A stretch of DNA of 64,000 bases from Elsinoe ampelina. Lineage: Eukaryota. Shown piece after piece: positions 21,768-35,521 of this stretch (within the stretch, counting starts at the first letter, position 1; each line of letters opens with the position of its first letter). The DNA is taken from NCBI GenBank assembly GCA_010093995.1, contig ML992502.1:62001-126000 (forward strand), in the 5' to 3' direction. The position numbers and the translations under genes are program-made. A model generated the notes under the pieces. The model did not search any database, was not told the DNA's origin, and worked only from the letters and a program-made list of their open reading frames with translations.

Positions 21768-24700
21768 ATGGCACAGATCAATCCCCAGCCATGGGATCGG
21801 TTTATTGGGGAGCTGAAATCGAGGTGAGACTGCCAGTGCAATTCAGACTGCATCACGACTGATCATAGAAGGCATGAGACAACTCGCCGTAATGCGGCGC
21901 TCAAGATCCTCAGGACTGTCCAGTCCGCGCAACGAGGTGAGTTATTGCGACCACGAACCCGACCAAGCCTAACATTCCCTAGAACTGCCTCCGCCGGCCT
22001 TCTCCAGCAACTACCTCGACTTGCTCAACAAGGTCATAGCTCTCATACAAATCAACAATGACCCGACTGAAAGGATTGGCGGCCTCACGGCCATGCAAAA
22101 GTTGATTGAATTCAAAGGTGAGGACATAGCCGGGCGAACAACCCGTTTCCATACTGCGATCAAGCGAGCCCTACAAGCCAATGACACCGCCGCTACGGTC
22201 ATCGCTGCTGAGACCCTTGGAATACTGGTCGGAAATGGTCCCGCACTTGCAGCAGATATCGTGGACGCCGAAGTCAAGATCTCTCTGGAATGGCTACAAA
22301 TTGAGCGACAGGAGCCGAGAAGATTTGCAGCTGCCGAGATCCTGCTACATCTCGCCAAAGCGTCGCCTACGCTCTTCTACAGCTACGTTCCTCAGGTCCT
22401 GGAAGTAATCTGGATTGCTCTTCGGGACATCAAGGCTTCTGTCCGCGAGGCCGCGGCTGCTACAGTCAGCCAATGTTTCCAGATATTGAGTGCTCGAGAC
22501 GCGCAAGTCCGCGCTGACTGGTTGGCTCGAACTTATGAGGAGATCAACAAAGGTTTCGTTCTCGGCACTCTTGAGGCTGTCCATGGATCACTCCTGGCGC
22601 TACGGGAGCTCTTTCTCAAAGGCGGCATGTTCATCAACGGCTCGAACGGAGAGCGATACGAGGAGTCTTGCAACAAAGTCTTCAACTACAAAGACCACAG
22701 AGAACTCATCATTCGTCGTGAGGTGGTCAGAATGATTCCTACCATGGCAGAGTACAATCCTCCCAAATTCCGACAGATGTACTTACATCGCTCCATGACA
22801 TATCTGCAGGGCCTTATGAAGTCGCCAAAAGCCTTCGAGCGCAACATAGCATTCCAAGCTGTCGGTGAGATCGCCAATGCCATCAGCAGCATGATTGCGC
22901 CTTATCTCGATCACATTATCGTCCTCATCCGTGGAGCTCTCAGTCCTCAAAAGCGGACAAAAGACAGCGATGATTCCGCCATCTTCGGCTGTCTCAGCAG
23001 TCTTTCAATCTCAGTCGGCCAGACCCTCAGCAAGTACATGGAAGCACTCCTGGATCCCATCTTTGCGTGCGGTCTTAGCGAGGCTCTCACCCAAGCTCTC
23101 GTTGACATGGCACACTATATCCCTCCGGTCAGGCAGACGATACAAGAGAAATTGTTAGACATGCTGAGTCGTGTTCTCTGCGGACGTGCGTTTCAGCTTC
23201 CTGGTCAACCCGGACACTCCGATACCCTGCCCCCAGTCTACACCAAGGATGTGCGAGACAGAGATCCGCAGAATCTAGGAGAGCACAAGCAGCTCGAAGT
23301 CAGACTGGCACTTCAAACACTCGGTAGCTTTGACTTCGCCGGACACATCTTGAACGAGTTCGTCCATGATGTGGCTATTCGCTACGTGGAGGATGAGGAT
23401 TCGCTGATAAGGAAGAACGCTGCTCTGACATGTTGCCAATTACTGGTCAAAGATCCAATCGTCAACCAGACAAGTCGACAAGCGATCAAGATTGTCAGCG
23501 ATGTGGTGGAGCGACTCTTGACCATGTCAGTCGCCGACTCTGACATCGATAATCGCAAAATTGTCCTCTCTGCACTCGATGGTCGTTTCGATATTCATCT
23601 CGCGAAAGCCGACAACATCCGGACTTTGCTTCTGGCAGCAAACGACGAAGTCTTCGCCATCCGTGAGGAAGCTATGAGAATCCTCAGTCGACTCACAAGT
23701 CGCAATCCTGCATACATCTTCCCACCATTACGAAAACTTCTCATTCACCTACTGACAGAGATTGAGTACGCTGGCAATGCTAGAAGCAAGGAAGAGAGTG
23801 CGAAGCTGATTAGCTGTCTTGCTTCTTCGGCTCCGAAACTGATCAAGCCATACGTTGATTCGATCGTCCAAGTCCTCCTGCCGAAAACAGAAGACATCAA
23901 TCCCGAAGTCGCATCCGCCTGTCTGAGAGCCATAGGAGATCTCGCAGCAGTTGGTGGCGAAGATATGAACAAATTCATACCTGACCTCATGCATGTCATC
24001 ATTCGGGATCTTCAGGACCAGGGTTCGATCTCGCGGCGCTTCGCAGCACTCAACACAATGGGTCAGCTGGCAAGCAACTCCGGCTACGTGATAGAGCCGT
24101 ATGCAGATCATCCAGACCTGCTCAATATCCTTGTCGATATGGTGAAAGGAGAGCCTGCAGGCGAATTACGAGCCACCACGATCAAGCTCATCGGTATCCT
24201 CGGTGCCCTTGACCCGTACAAGCATCAAGTCATGGAGCAGTCTCCTGAGAAGAATCTCATCGCTGAAGCGCAGAACGTTACCGACGTCACGCTTATCATG
24301 AACGGCATGACACCTTCCAACGACGACTACTATCCTACCATCGTCATCCAGACCCTGGTTGGAATGCTCAAGGAACCAGCCCTTGCTCAGTATCACACCA
24401 GTACGGTCGACGCGCTCATGTCGATTTATCAGACACTGGGGCTCAAGTGTGTTTCATTCCTTGGTCAGGTGGTACCAGGAATCTTGCATGTCCTGAATGA
24501 GGGCGACGAGAAACGCAGGGAAGCATGCTTCAACCAGCTGGCCCTGCTTGTCAGAATCGTCAAGCAACACATCCGACCACATCTCCCGAACATTCTGTCC
24601 GCCATTCACGAGCACTGGCGAGAAGGATCTGGACAACAAGCGACCATGCTTGCATTGATCGAAGCCATTGCAAATTCACTCGAGGGCGAATTCAATGTCT

Positions 24701-27700
24701 ATCTCTCTCGTGTTCTCCCTCTCATGCTGGACGTACTCGAACATGACAGCACCCCTAGACGGGCACCTTCAGAGCGAGTCCTGCGAGCATTCCTCGTTTT
24801 CGGATCCAGCGCAGAAGAGTTTATGCACCTGATCATACCTGTCGTGATTGGTCTCTTCGACAGAGCAGGACAGCCCGTACCAATTTCCAAAGCCGCCATG
24901 GAGACGATCGCAAAGCTGTCTCGAAGCGTCAACCTTTCGGAATTCGCTGCTCGCATCATTCATCCATTGAGTCGAGTCTTGGCTGGTCCCGAAGCGAGTC
25001 TCAAGCAGACAGCGCTGGACACCATTTGTGCGCTCATCTTCCAGCTCGGTCGCGAGTATCTTCACTTCGTGCCAATGGTGAACAAGATCATCGAGGTCAA
25101 TAAAGTTACTCATCAACAATACCACCTGCTTGTTGCCAAGCTGCAGAAGGGGGAGTCTTTGCCAGACTTTGGCATGGACGAGCGATCGAGGTTGGGCGTT
25201 GAGGATCAGATTGTGGCAGATGTCATGCCCACCAAATTGCCCGTCAATCAACGACATTTACAGAATGCATGGGAGGCATCGGCCAAAGCGACCCGAGAAG
25301 ATTGGATGGAGTGGATGCGGAGGTTCAGCACCGAGCTCATCCGCGAATCGCCGCAGCAAGCACTTCGAGCATGTACCACCCTCGCGAACATCTACACACC
25401 CTTGGCCAAGACTCTCTTCAACTCTGCTTTCGTTTCATGCTGGACCGAACTCTATGACAACTACCAGGAAGAGCTTGTGCGCGCAATAGAATGCGCCATG
25501 ACTTCTCCACATATCCCACCGGAGATCATCCAGACTCTCCTTAGTTTGGCAGAGTTCATGGAGCACGATGACAAGTCCCTGCCCATCGACGTGAGGACTT
25601 TGGGGATGTATGCCGGCAAATGCCATGCTTTTGCTAAAGCTCTGCACTACAAGGAACTGGAATTCAACGCCGAGCAAAATGCCAGCGCGGTGGAAGCACT
25701 CATCAGTATCAACAATCAACTACAACAAACCGACGCAGCATTTGGCATACTTCGTAAGGCGCAGAACTACAACGACGTTGATCTCAGAGAGACTTGGTTC
25801 GAGAAATTAAATCGCTGGGATGATGCGCTTATTGCTTATCAGAAGCGAGAGCGGGAAAGTCCTGACAACTTCGATATCATGTCGGGCAAGATGAGGTGTC
25901 TCCACGCGCTTGGTGAGTGGGATGTTCTGTCCACCATTATCAATGAGAAGTGGAACGTCGTATCTCAGGATGAAAAGAAGTCGATGTCCGCTTTGGCTGC
26001 CGCAGCATCTTGGGGGATGGGTCAATGGGAGAAGATGGACACCTACCTGCAAGTCATGCCATCAAGATCACCAGATCGCTCGTTCTTCGGCGCAATCTTG
26101 GCCATTCACCGCGATCAATTCCAGGAAGCAAACTGGCACATCGGTCGTGCAAGGGAGCAACTTGACTCTGAGCTTGCTGCTCTCTTCGGTGAGTCCTACA
26201 CTAGGGCGTACGGCATAGTGGTCCGTATCCAGATGCTTGTCGAGTTGGAGGAGATCATCAAGTACAAGCAGAGCGCCAATGCTCCCGATAAGAGAGATCA
26301 GATCCGCAACATGTGGTCGAAACGACTGCTCGGTATCCAGCGCAACGTCGATCTCTGGCAGAAGGTACTCAAGGTACGGGCACTTGTCATGAAGCCATCG
26401 GAGAACGAGCCCATGTACATCAAATTCGCCAGCATTTGCCGGAAGAATCAACGAGGGGGTCTGGCAGAGAAAGCACTCAACTCTCTGATTGGTCATACAG
26501 GAAGCTTGATGAGTCCAGAAGCACAGGACAAAGCCTCGAAGTCATCGTACGCCGTTCAATATGCGCTTTACAAGTTCATGTGGTCCAACAGTGCGCGACA
26601 GCAAGCTCTAGGCGGACTACAGGACTTCACACACAGACTCAAGGACGACTTCGAGACCAGGTCACAGGTTCTCTCGCAGATCACCAATCCACCTACAAAT
26701 GGCCTCATCAACGGAGTGAATGGACACCATCAAGTCAGTGCGCATGTCAATGGACACGTCAATGGCATGCACAACGGAGTAACTCCACCAATGTCCGAGC
26801 GAGATCTGGAGCAGCTACTAGATTGGCAGAAGCTTCTGGCTCGGGCATACCTCAAGCAAGGTGACTGGCTTATCAAAGAGCAGAATGGAGACTGGCATTC
26901 CGAGTCGGTGAACGATATCCTCAACTGCTACCGTCAAGCTACTCGGTACAACCACGATTGGTACAAGGCCTGGCATGCTTGGGCTCTCGCGAATTTTGAG
27001 GTAGTCACGGCCATCACTGGAGGCGCTGACCGGGAGAGTGCTCAGGTCACTCAGACGACACTGGATTCTCATGTCATCCCGGCTTTGCAGGGATTCTTCA
27101 GATCTATCGCTCTGTCCAACTTCAGTGCTCTGCAGGACACCCTTCGACTTTTGACGTTGTGGTTCGCGCATGGTGACAACCCAGAAGTCATTGGCGCTGT
27201 GACGCAGGGCCTACCCAGCGTGAGCATTGATACTTGGCTCGAAGTCATTCCTCAACTCATTGCTCGTATCAACCAGTCTAATAGGCTGATCCGCAATTCT
27301 GTCCACAGCTTGCTCTGTGAGATTGGGCGTGTGCATCCTCATGCTCTGGTGTGGCCCTTGACAGTCGCGGTCAAGTCAGACATCAAAGATCGCTCAAAGG
27401 CTGCGAAAGAAGTCCTGTCGACAGTCGAGCAACACAGTCCGGAGCTTTGCGAGCAGGCGGCTGTGGTCAGTCACGAGCTCATTCGAATTGCTGTACTGTG
27501 GCACGAGCTGTGGTACGAAGGTCTGGAAGAGGCCAGTCGAATGTACTTTGGCAACAACAACGTAGAGGGCTTCTTCCGTGTACTTGATCCTCTTCACCAG
27601 ATGCTCGACGAAGGCGCACATACGCTTAGGGAGATCTCCTTTATTCAGACATTCGGCAGAGATCTACAAGAGGCGCGAGACTGGTGCAATGCTTACAAGA

Positions 27701-29055
27701 ACTCTCATGACAAGGGGGACCTCCAGCAGGCTTGGGATCTCTACTACCAGGTCTTCAAGAAGATTTCGAAGCAGCTTCCTCAGCTCACCACTTTGGAGTT
27801 GCAGTATGTGTCTCCTCGACTGAAGACTCTGCATGATCTGGAGTTGGCGGTGCCGGGAACGTACAAGTCTGGCAAGGAACCGACCAGGGTCATGTCCTTT
27901 GACTCGAATGCGGCAGTCATTCAGTCCAAGCAGCGACCACGCAAGATCAGCCTTCGAGGCAGTGATGGTGTGACTTATACCTACCTGCTCAAGGGTCACG
28001 AGGATATCCGACAGGATGAGAGAGTCATGCAGCTTTTCGGTCTGGTCAACACTTTGATCGCCAATGATCCGGAGTGCCTGAAGCGGCACTTGAGCATTCA
28101 ACGATATGCCGCCATTCCCCTGTCGACCTCGTCAGGTCTCCTGTCATGGGTGCCGAACTCGGATACCTTGCACGTCTTGATTCGGGAGTACCGCGAGTCA
28201 AGGAAGATTCTGATCAACATCGAGCACAGGATCATGCTCCAGATGGCGCCTGATTACGACAATCTTACGCTCATGCAGAAGGTCGAGGTTTTCGGCTACG
28301 CACTCGACAATACCACAGGCCAGGATCTCTACCGTGTCTTGTGGCTCAAGTCCAAGTCATCTGAGTCTTGGCTGGATCGGCGTACGACTTATACACGCTC
28401 CCTCGCAACCATGTCCATGGTCGGCTATATTCTTGGTCTCGGCGATCGTCATCCTTCGAACTTGATGCTCGATCGTACGACTGGAAAGGTCATCCATATT
28501 GATTTCGGTGACTGCTTCGAAGTGGCCATGCACCGAGAAAAGTACCCCGAACGTGTACCATTCCGCCTCACTCGCATGCTCACTTTTGCCATGGAAGTTA
28601 GCAACATCGAAGGCAGTTTCAGGACGACCTGTGAGCACGTCACGCGTGTACTACGAACGAACAAGGAGTCCCTCATCGCCGTACTGGAGGCATTCATCTA
28701 CGATCCGCTTCAGATTTGGCGTCTCGACAGCAGAGATCAGCCCAGTAGTCCGGGCTTCCGCTCCGAACGTCGCGCCAGTCTGATCGGGGACATGGAAGTA
28801 GGCAGCCATAGTGTCAGAGCACCGGGTAGACCTAGAGCATCGACACTGCTAAAGCAGCAAGAAGAGCAGCCCAAGGAAGTGGTGAACGCGAGGGCCTTGG
28901 CGGTGCTGGCGAGAGTGAAGGAGAAGTTGACCGGAACAGACTTCAAGAAGGATCATGAGCTCGGGACGGATGAGCAGGTGGAGAAGCTGCTCAGTGAGGC
29001 GACGAATCTGGAGAATTTGTGCCAGCATTATATTGGGTGGTGCAGCTTTTGGTAG
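21768..29055 (+). CDS. TOR: Serine/threonine kinase TOR (PIKK family)
   Basis: HEAT repeats, FAT, FRB (LWHELWYEGLEEASRMYF), kinase (LLKGHEDIRQDERVMQLF, GLGDRHPSN, HIDFGDCFE), FATC (LCQHYIGWCSFW); two 5' introns 21824-21868 (or 21871) and 21937-21982 extend the ORF to ATG 21768. Confidence 0.97.
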
Positions 29056-29516
29056 TCTTCTCAGGCTAGAATGGGATGGGAGGGGATTAATGCATGGGCA
29101 TCAGCGTGGAGTTTCGGACGACGTTTCGGTGCTGGAACAGGTATTCTAGCATCAGGCATAAGGTATTCTGGTCAACGAATAGCATAGACGCTGGCAATGA
29201 GAACTTGTAGACGTGCATATATTTCCAAGAGGACGTGAAATTAGACCTTCTGCAGCCAAGGCCTTTGCCCGCGGCTGCGGCTCAAGCGAGCCCTTGGAAG
29301 TCACCTCAACTTCCCGCAAGTGGTCGTACGCCTGCGCTTGGCCGACTCCTTGACAATCTTTCACACTCCTTCACTTCTTGTACACGACGACAGACGAGTC
29401 TCTTGCGACCCAATTACATTGATTATCGACACTGCAGAAGATATCATGGACAGATGAAGACCACTGCTTGATCACAACCACACTCGCCCCATCCGCCCAG
29501 CGGACCAACCGGCACC

Positions 29517-32184
29517 ATGCCTACCCACGACTACTCCTCCCTCCCGATCCCTACCTACGAAGAAGCCACCTCCTCCCGCCCGGGCTCGTCCCAAACCCAC
29601 CTGGGCGCCAGCTACAACGACGCCGACGCCGAACGGCAAGGTCTGCTCCCCGCCAGCCAAAATGCCCACCGCCAACCGACCGTCGAGTCCGCCCGCTCCT
29701 CGCTCGACTCGGACCTCTCCTTCCACGAAATGCACAGCGACGGACGCCGGTCCTCTGACGCCGACGACGAAGCAAACCTCGTCCGCCGCGACATGGAAGA
29801 GATGGAAGTCCTCGACCCTTCGGTGGCCCAGAGCGCCTTCAGCAAACGCCTCTCCTACTTCACCCACACGCTCAGCACCCTCCGGCTGCCCCGCCTCAAC
29901 CTGCGCGAGCGCGGCTGGTCCTGCCCCAACCCGCGCATCCTCCCGGAAGGCAGCGGCGTCAGCGTCCCCATCGTCGCGCGGGTCATCGGACTCCTCTTCA
30001 TCGCGCTGATGGTCTACTCCCTCTTCGCGCTGAACGTGATCCCCAACCGCGCGGGGTTGGCGCAGCACTACGACCCGGAAAGCGTGCGGGCTAGGGTGCA
30101 GCAGGAGGTGGACAAGGAGCGCATCAAGGGGTATTTGCAGTATTTCACGAGTTTCGATCACGTGGCCGGCACCGAGGGGGATTGGTTCATGGCCAAGTGG
30201 GTGAGGGATCATTGGGCGGCGTCGGGCATGGATAAGGTGGATTATTTGGATTACTGGGTTTATTTGAACTATCCGACCGTGACGGGGAGGAGGGTCGGGA
30301 TTGTGGACCCCCCGGAGTTGAGGTGGGATGCAATGTTGGAGGAGGAGAACGTGTATAGGGCGACGGGCGAGGGGAAGCAGCAGACTATGAGTTGGCATGG
30401 GGGGAGTAGGGCGGGCAATGTGACGGGGCATTTGGTGTATGCGAATGCGGGGTCGAGGGAGGATTTCAGGAAGCTGGAAGAGATGGGGGTGCAGGTCAAG
30501 GGGAGTGTGGTGTTGGTGAGGTATGGAGCTGGGTTGGAGGATGTGGGATTGAAGGTCAAAGCGGCCGAGATGGCAGGGGCGGTGGGGTGTTTGGTCTACT
30601 CGGACCCGAAGGAGGATGGCTTCGAAAAGGGCACAGCACTACCAGAAGGACCCTGGCGACCGGCGGATGCGGTGCGGAGAGGGAGCGTGGCATTGATGAG
30701 TTGGGTGTTGGGTGACGCTTTGACGCCAGGCTGGGCTTCCGTGTCCAAGGCGGAGAGAAAGAGCGAGGATAACAACCCTGGGCTGGTGGGAATCCCGAGT
30801 TTACCCCTGGCGTGGAGGGATGCGCAAAGGCTATTGCAGTCGATACAAGGACAGGGCAAGGAGGTGCCGGAAGGCTGGGATGGAGCTGTGCCCGAGGTCA
30901 AGGAGTGGTGGACAGGCGCTGCGGACGGGCCGAAGGTGCTGCTGCAGAACCAGCAGGACGAGAGCAAGAGCCAACAGATCTGGAATGTGCGCGGTATAAT
31001 ACAAGGGCTGGAATCGCCGGACAAGCGAGTCATGGTGGGAAGTCACCGAGACGCCTGGTGCTTCGGCGCTGTGGATCCCGGATCAGGATCGGCTGTGCTC
31101 ATGGAGGTCGCGAACATTTTTAGCACTCTACGGACGTATGGTTGGCGACCTCTGCGGACGATCGAATTCTTCAGCTGGGATGCGAAGGAGTACAACATGA
31201 TTGGGTCGACAGAGTACGTGGAGGAGCATGTCAAGTTCCTACGCGATCACACAGTCGGCTATCTCAATGTCGACGCAGGGGTCTCTGGTGAGAACTTCCG
31301 GGCGGCCGCCTCTCCTCTGTATGGCAAGATCTTGAAGCATGTTTTGGATCGGGTGGGTGCTCCGGGCGCCAACAAGTCCTACCAGGCTCTTTGGGACGAG
31401 AATGGGTCCAAAATCGCAGGTCTCACTGGTGCGGGCGACTTTGTGCCCTTCCAGAACCTCGCGGGCGCTTCGTCCTTGGACTTTGGGTTTACTGGTCCTA
31501 AGCACGGCTACCCCGAGAACAGTTGCTACGAGACCTTCGAATGGATGCAACGATTCGGCGACACGGATTTCGAGTACCACAAGGCGCTGGCGCAGATATG
31601 GGCGCTCATCATCCTGGAGCTGGCGGATAGGCCAATCCTGCCTTTCGACCTGAATGAGTATGCCAAAGCGGTGATTGGCTACGTTGATCAACTCGAGGAA
31701 GACACAAAGTCTTCTGGCACGAATGTCGGCAAGTTGAAGGACGCTGCACATCTGCTGGAGAAGAATGCGGCCGAGTTCCACAAGTTTGATGACCACTGGA
31801 TCGCTGATGTCATGGGCCGTGGCGGCTTCGAGACGAACGTGTATGCTATCAGACGAATGGAGCACAATGATCGGCTTCAGGCGTTTGAGACGGACTTGTT
31901 GGATCTGCCGGGGATGTTCGAGGGGGATGAGAAGGAGCAGCACGGGGTAGGACCTTTCTCGCAACCTATTAGACATTTCATTAACAAAACTACAGGTTCC
32001 TGGCAGAGAGCAATACAAGCACATCATCTTCGGTCCGCATGCGTGGTCAGAGTCCAGCGAGTCGTACTTTCCAGCGGTGAGAGATGCGATGGACGCAAAG
32101 GACGATGCAGCGGTGCAGTTTCATATCGACAAGGCGGCGAGGATTATTGAAAGAGCAGCGCAGAGGTTGATGAGGGAAGAGTAG
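29517..32184 (+). CDS. Type II membrane M28B / transferrin-receptor-like protein (Tre1/Tre2/Vps70-like)
   Basis: N-terminal IPTYEEA PY-like motif, one TM helix, PA domain, GSHRDAW..VDPGSG, TfR dimerisation region; intron 31947-31995 gives the C-terminus VPGREQYKHIIFGP..LMREE*. Confidence 0.9.
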
Positions 32185-32388
32185 ATGTTTTTTCATGTCT
32201 ATAGGTTTTGTCGATTTTCAGGACTGCATGGCGTTGGATGCCCGACCGGACATTGGGCCAGGTATGCATGGGAGGAGTTGAGCATGTAAGACGTAACAAG
32301 GGTGGTTATCAGGTCAGGCATGGGTATGCTGGCCGTTTGTACAGTCTCGAATCTATAGAGCCAGTCGTCTCTCCGCAAAAGTGGGTAT

Positions 32389-34161
32389 CTAGAACCTAGC
32401 ATCCATATCCTCGATATCCATCGTCTCATATTCCTCATCGCTCGCGCCTCCCAAGCCATCCTCTGCTTTGTGCTCGTCCTCATCATCGCTCTCCTCCACC
32501 ACAACCTGCGACACCTCTCCAGTTCCCAGCTCCTCTCTCCTCGCCTTCCTGTCTACACTCTGCATCCCCGGCGTCCCCTCTATCCCCAACTCATCCATCT
32601 GCTCCTGCGTCAACTCCACAAAAGCAGGCGCGTACTCCCCATCCTCATCGTCCTCATCTTCTCCGCCGTCCTCCGCAAACCCACCAGCCACCCCTCCGTC
32701 CCCGTGCCCCACCCCTCCCGAAGAGATAGGATAGTGGGCCACATCATCGAGTTCCCACCCATAAAGCTCGAACAGTGTCCCCTCCAACGCCCTGAGCGCG
32801 GCCCAGACGTCCTTGAGCCCGTTCGCGCCGGCATCCTTGCCATCTCCAACGCCCGGTCCTTCACCCCCGTTACGATACGAGAGTGGGAGACTCTCCACCC
32901 CCTTCCTGAACCCCGCCAACAACCCCGCGAGAAAACTCCTCCCCTCGGAATCGACTTCTTCCTCGAGGAACAGCGTCCTCAACTCATCGTCCCCCGCCCC
33001 TTGCGCGGCCGACGCCATAGCGCGGGACTCGGCCTCTGCTTCCTGCGCCATGTCATCAACGGCGCGGCGGAGGGCGCGGGTGGATCTGGATGTCGACGCG
33101 CCTCGGACGGGCAGGTCGTATTGGAGGAGTTCGTCTTCTGTTTGGTCCTCTAGACTCTTGGTCCTGCGACTCGTTGGGTCTCCGGGGGGAGGGGTGGCGT
33201 TGGACGCGGTGGGAGGGTCGGGGAGTAAGGAGTCTGTGCCGAGACGCTGCATTTGGGCTTGAAGGGTGGAGAGGAAGGAGGTGAAGAAGGTGGGGTGAGA
33301 AGGGATGGCGGATCGGCAGGTTAGGACGAGGCGGAGGAGGCGGCGCCATTGTTCGAGGGTGGCGAAGTTGTTGAGGGTGAGGGAGGTGAGGAAGGTGAAT
33401 TGGAGTTCTGCAAGGATGGGAGCGAGGTCGGTAGAGACTGGGGATTGGGACGAGAAGGGCGGATATGGGGTTGACGGGGCAGTCGAGAGTGGGCGCTGGC
33501 TACAGATGTCGAGGAGGTACCACGATCTGTCTCTCGCGGCTTCGGTGCGTTCCCGCCCGGTTGCGGTGGAGGGCCATGTGCGGCGGAGGTCGATGGGAAG
33601 GAGGTGGAGAGGAGGCTCGGGCTCGTAGGTCTGTGTTGAGGGTACAGATTGGAGAGCCGAGTTTAATGAGAAGGTGTCCGTGTATGAGGTCAAGTGCCAG
33701 TGTTCTTCCGGTGATGCGAAGACGTGTGAGAGGTAGTCGGCCGTGATGGACGATGTCAATCCAGGGAACGAATTGGGGTCTGAGGATGAAACCGGACCTG
33801 TGTGGTCTCCAGCTCGCTGACGATAGGGAGCCATGCCGGTCTTCCAGATACTCCCAAGGTTTGCCCGTCGTGATAGGATGGCCGCAGGGTCTGTGACGGG
33901 GCGAAGAGATTCGGTCGCAGTATCCCATTGCTTGAGCACAAGGGCCGGCGGCGACGAGCTGGCATCATTTGGTATACTGAACCATGATCCATGTCTTACT
34001 GCTAGTGTCGAGTGAGGTGCTGTGAAAAGAAAGTGCAATCCTGGTGGCAAAGATTTTATGCCGCGGAAAGACGGCGTTGTGGTGAAAGAGAGAAGATCTA
34101 TACCGCAGAGTGCTTTCGACGGCAAGTCAATCAAGAGGAGAGCAGGCGATATTTCATCCAT
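32389..34161 (-). CDS. AAR2: AAR2 U5 snRNP assembly factor
   Basis: GIDLLSFTTTPSFRGIKSLPPGLHF, TGRERTEAARDRSWYL, LAELQFTFL..NNFATLEQWRRLL, acidic tail with EDGEYAPAFVEL. Confidence 0.9.
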   Translation of the reverse strand: MDEISPALLLIDLPSKALCGIDLLSFTTTPSFRGIKSLPPGLHFLFTAPHSTLAVRHGSWFSIPNDASSSPPALVLKQWDTATESLRPVTDPAAILSRRANLGSIWKTGMAPYRQRAGDHTGPVSSSDPNSFPGLTSSITADYLSHVFASPEEHWHLTSYTDTFSLNSALQSVPSTQTYEPEPPLHLLPIDLRRTWPSTATGRERTEAARDRSWYLLDICSQRPLSTAPSTPYPPFSSQSPVSTDLAPILAELQFTFLTSLTLNNFATLEQWRRLLRLVLTCRSAIPSHPTFFTSFLSTLQAQMQRLGTDSLLPDPPTASNATPPPGDPTSRRTKSLEDQTEDELLQYDLPVRGASTSRSTRALRRAVDDMAQEAEAESRAMASAAQGAGDDELRTLFLEEEVDSEGRSFLAGLLAGFRKGVESLPLSYRNGGEGPGVGDGKDAGANGLKDVWAALRALEGTLFELYGWELDDVAHYPISSGGVGHGDGGVAGGFAEDGGEDEDDEDGEYAPAFVELTQEQMDELGIEGTPGMQSVDRKARREELGTGEVSQVVVEESDDEDEHKAEDGLGGASDEEYETMDIEDMDARF

Positions 34162-34574
34162 CTTCGGTGAAGAGGGACAGCTTTTGCACGAAGTAATGCG
34201 CTTCTATGCTGAGCATGATATCGCAGGGTGTGAAGGTTACTACTGAAACTTTTGTAAGCTCACCAGGTTAGAGAATCACCACATGGCTCGTTTCTGAGGA
34301 TGGTACTATGTGCAATTCATTTCAGCATTCAGCAAGCTAATTACAACAATCTCTACCCTCTTTTCGACCAATCTTTCCCAACATATCCATGTCCATAGAG
34401 AGCGTAATGCAGAACGTTGAATCGTCCTCCCCATTGATTGTAATTTTGTGCGAGAATCATTACCAATACAGATACCCTCATTGACGCCATTGCCCAAGAA
34501 AATGCAGAAACCTCGCAGTGATGCCAAACCGCGCCGGGGGTGTCAAATCGTCTTCTTCCTCCTTTTTTTCCAGT

Positions 34575-35521
34575 CTAGATCAGAGCTCCCAGACCGGTGA
34601 ACCACGTCGCGCCCAGCACGGCCATGGTTGCAAAGACGGCTACGACGGCCAAGCTTTGCTTCTCCATGGCAGTCATTGCGCCGCTGCAGGTGACGCAAAC
34701 ATAATCGGCAAGTGAGGTGTAGGGCTGTGGATTGTACATGCCGAAAGTGAATTGATTAAAAGTTCCGAGGTAGCCGGCTCGTGGGGTATCTGACACCTCT
34801 CTTGCGGCATCGTGAATGACGAGCGTGTAGGTCTCGGTGAGCAGAGGAACGGTCATGGAGGCTTTGGTGTCCCATGTGATGGCGCCGGTCTCGTTGGCAA
34901 TGGTCTGGTTGAGTGCGAGAGTGTAGGTCTGCTGGTTCTTTGAGCAGTAGGCGAGAATGTCAATGGCGGAGGGAGTGACGGAGAGCGACGTGTAATTCCA
35001 AGCAAATGTCACATAGTCTCCGATCTTGTAATATGATGCAGCACTTCTCGAGTTTGGTGTGATCATGGCGATACCTCCGGCCGGCAGACGCGGGTCGAAT
35101 GTCGTCTGAGTGGGAGATGTGTTTGTTCGTGATCCTGACCCTGAAACAGAGCCTGTTCGGGATGCAGAGCCGGAAGCTGAATCTGAACCTGATCTTGTGT
35201 TGCTGCCAGATGCGGATGCAGATGCACTGTCTGACTGGCTCTCGTTTGTGCTACTCGACTCATCGGATGCTGTCGTTGATGGCACGTCGGTGGCTTGTGA
35301 GGGATTCGGTGTAGGAGCATCGCTGTTGCCGAGTGTCACTCTTTGTGGTGCTGATTCTGTCAGTCTCTTGTCTGTTTTGCGAAGCCGGAAGAGTACTCAC
35401 ATCGCTTGTGTGGAAGAATGTAGTCTCCTAGGGCATTCTCGATTGCGCTACCCGTCCATGGCCAAGCTGAAACGACTGTCGAGCACAAGAGTGCTGATGA
35501 GAGAAACTGAACTGGACGCAT
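34575..35521 (-). CDS. Conserved fungal Ser/Thr-rich single-pass membrane protein with signal peptide
   Basis: ATG 35521 signal peptide MRPVQFLSSALLCSTVVSAWPW; intron 35400-35351 restores frame; DPRLPAGGIAMITP..YYKIGDYVTFAWNYTSL domain; C-terminal CxTC + TM helix. Confidence 0.85.

Noticed and set aside
27470..27780. Possible rapamycin-resistant TOR
   Set aside because: The FRB Ser in LEEASR is intact; no sign of the known resistance substitution
7310..34161. Two spliceosome factors (Aquarius, AAR2) in one window as a functional cluster
   Set aside because: More than 20 kb apart with unrelated housekeeping genes between; no evidence of co-regulation
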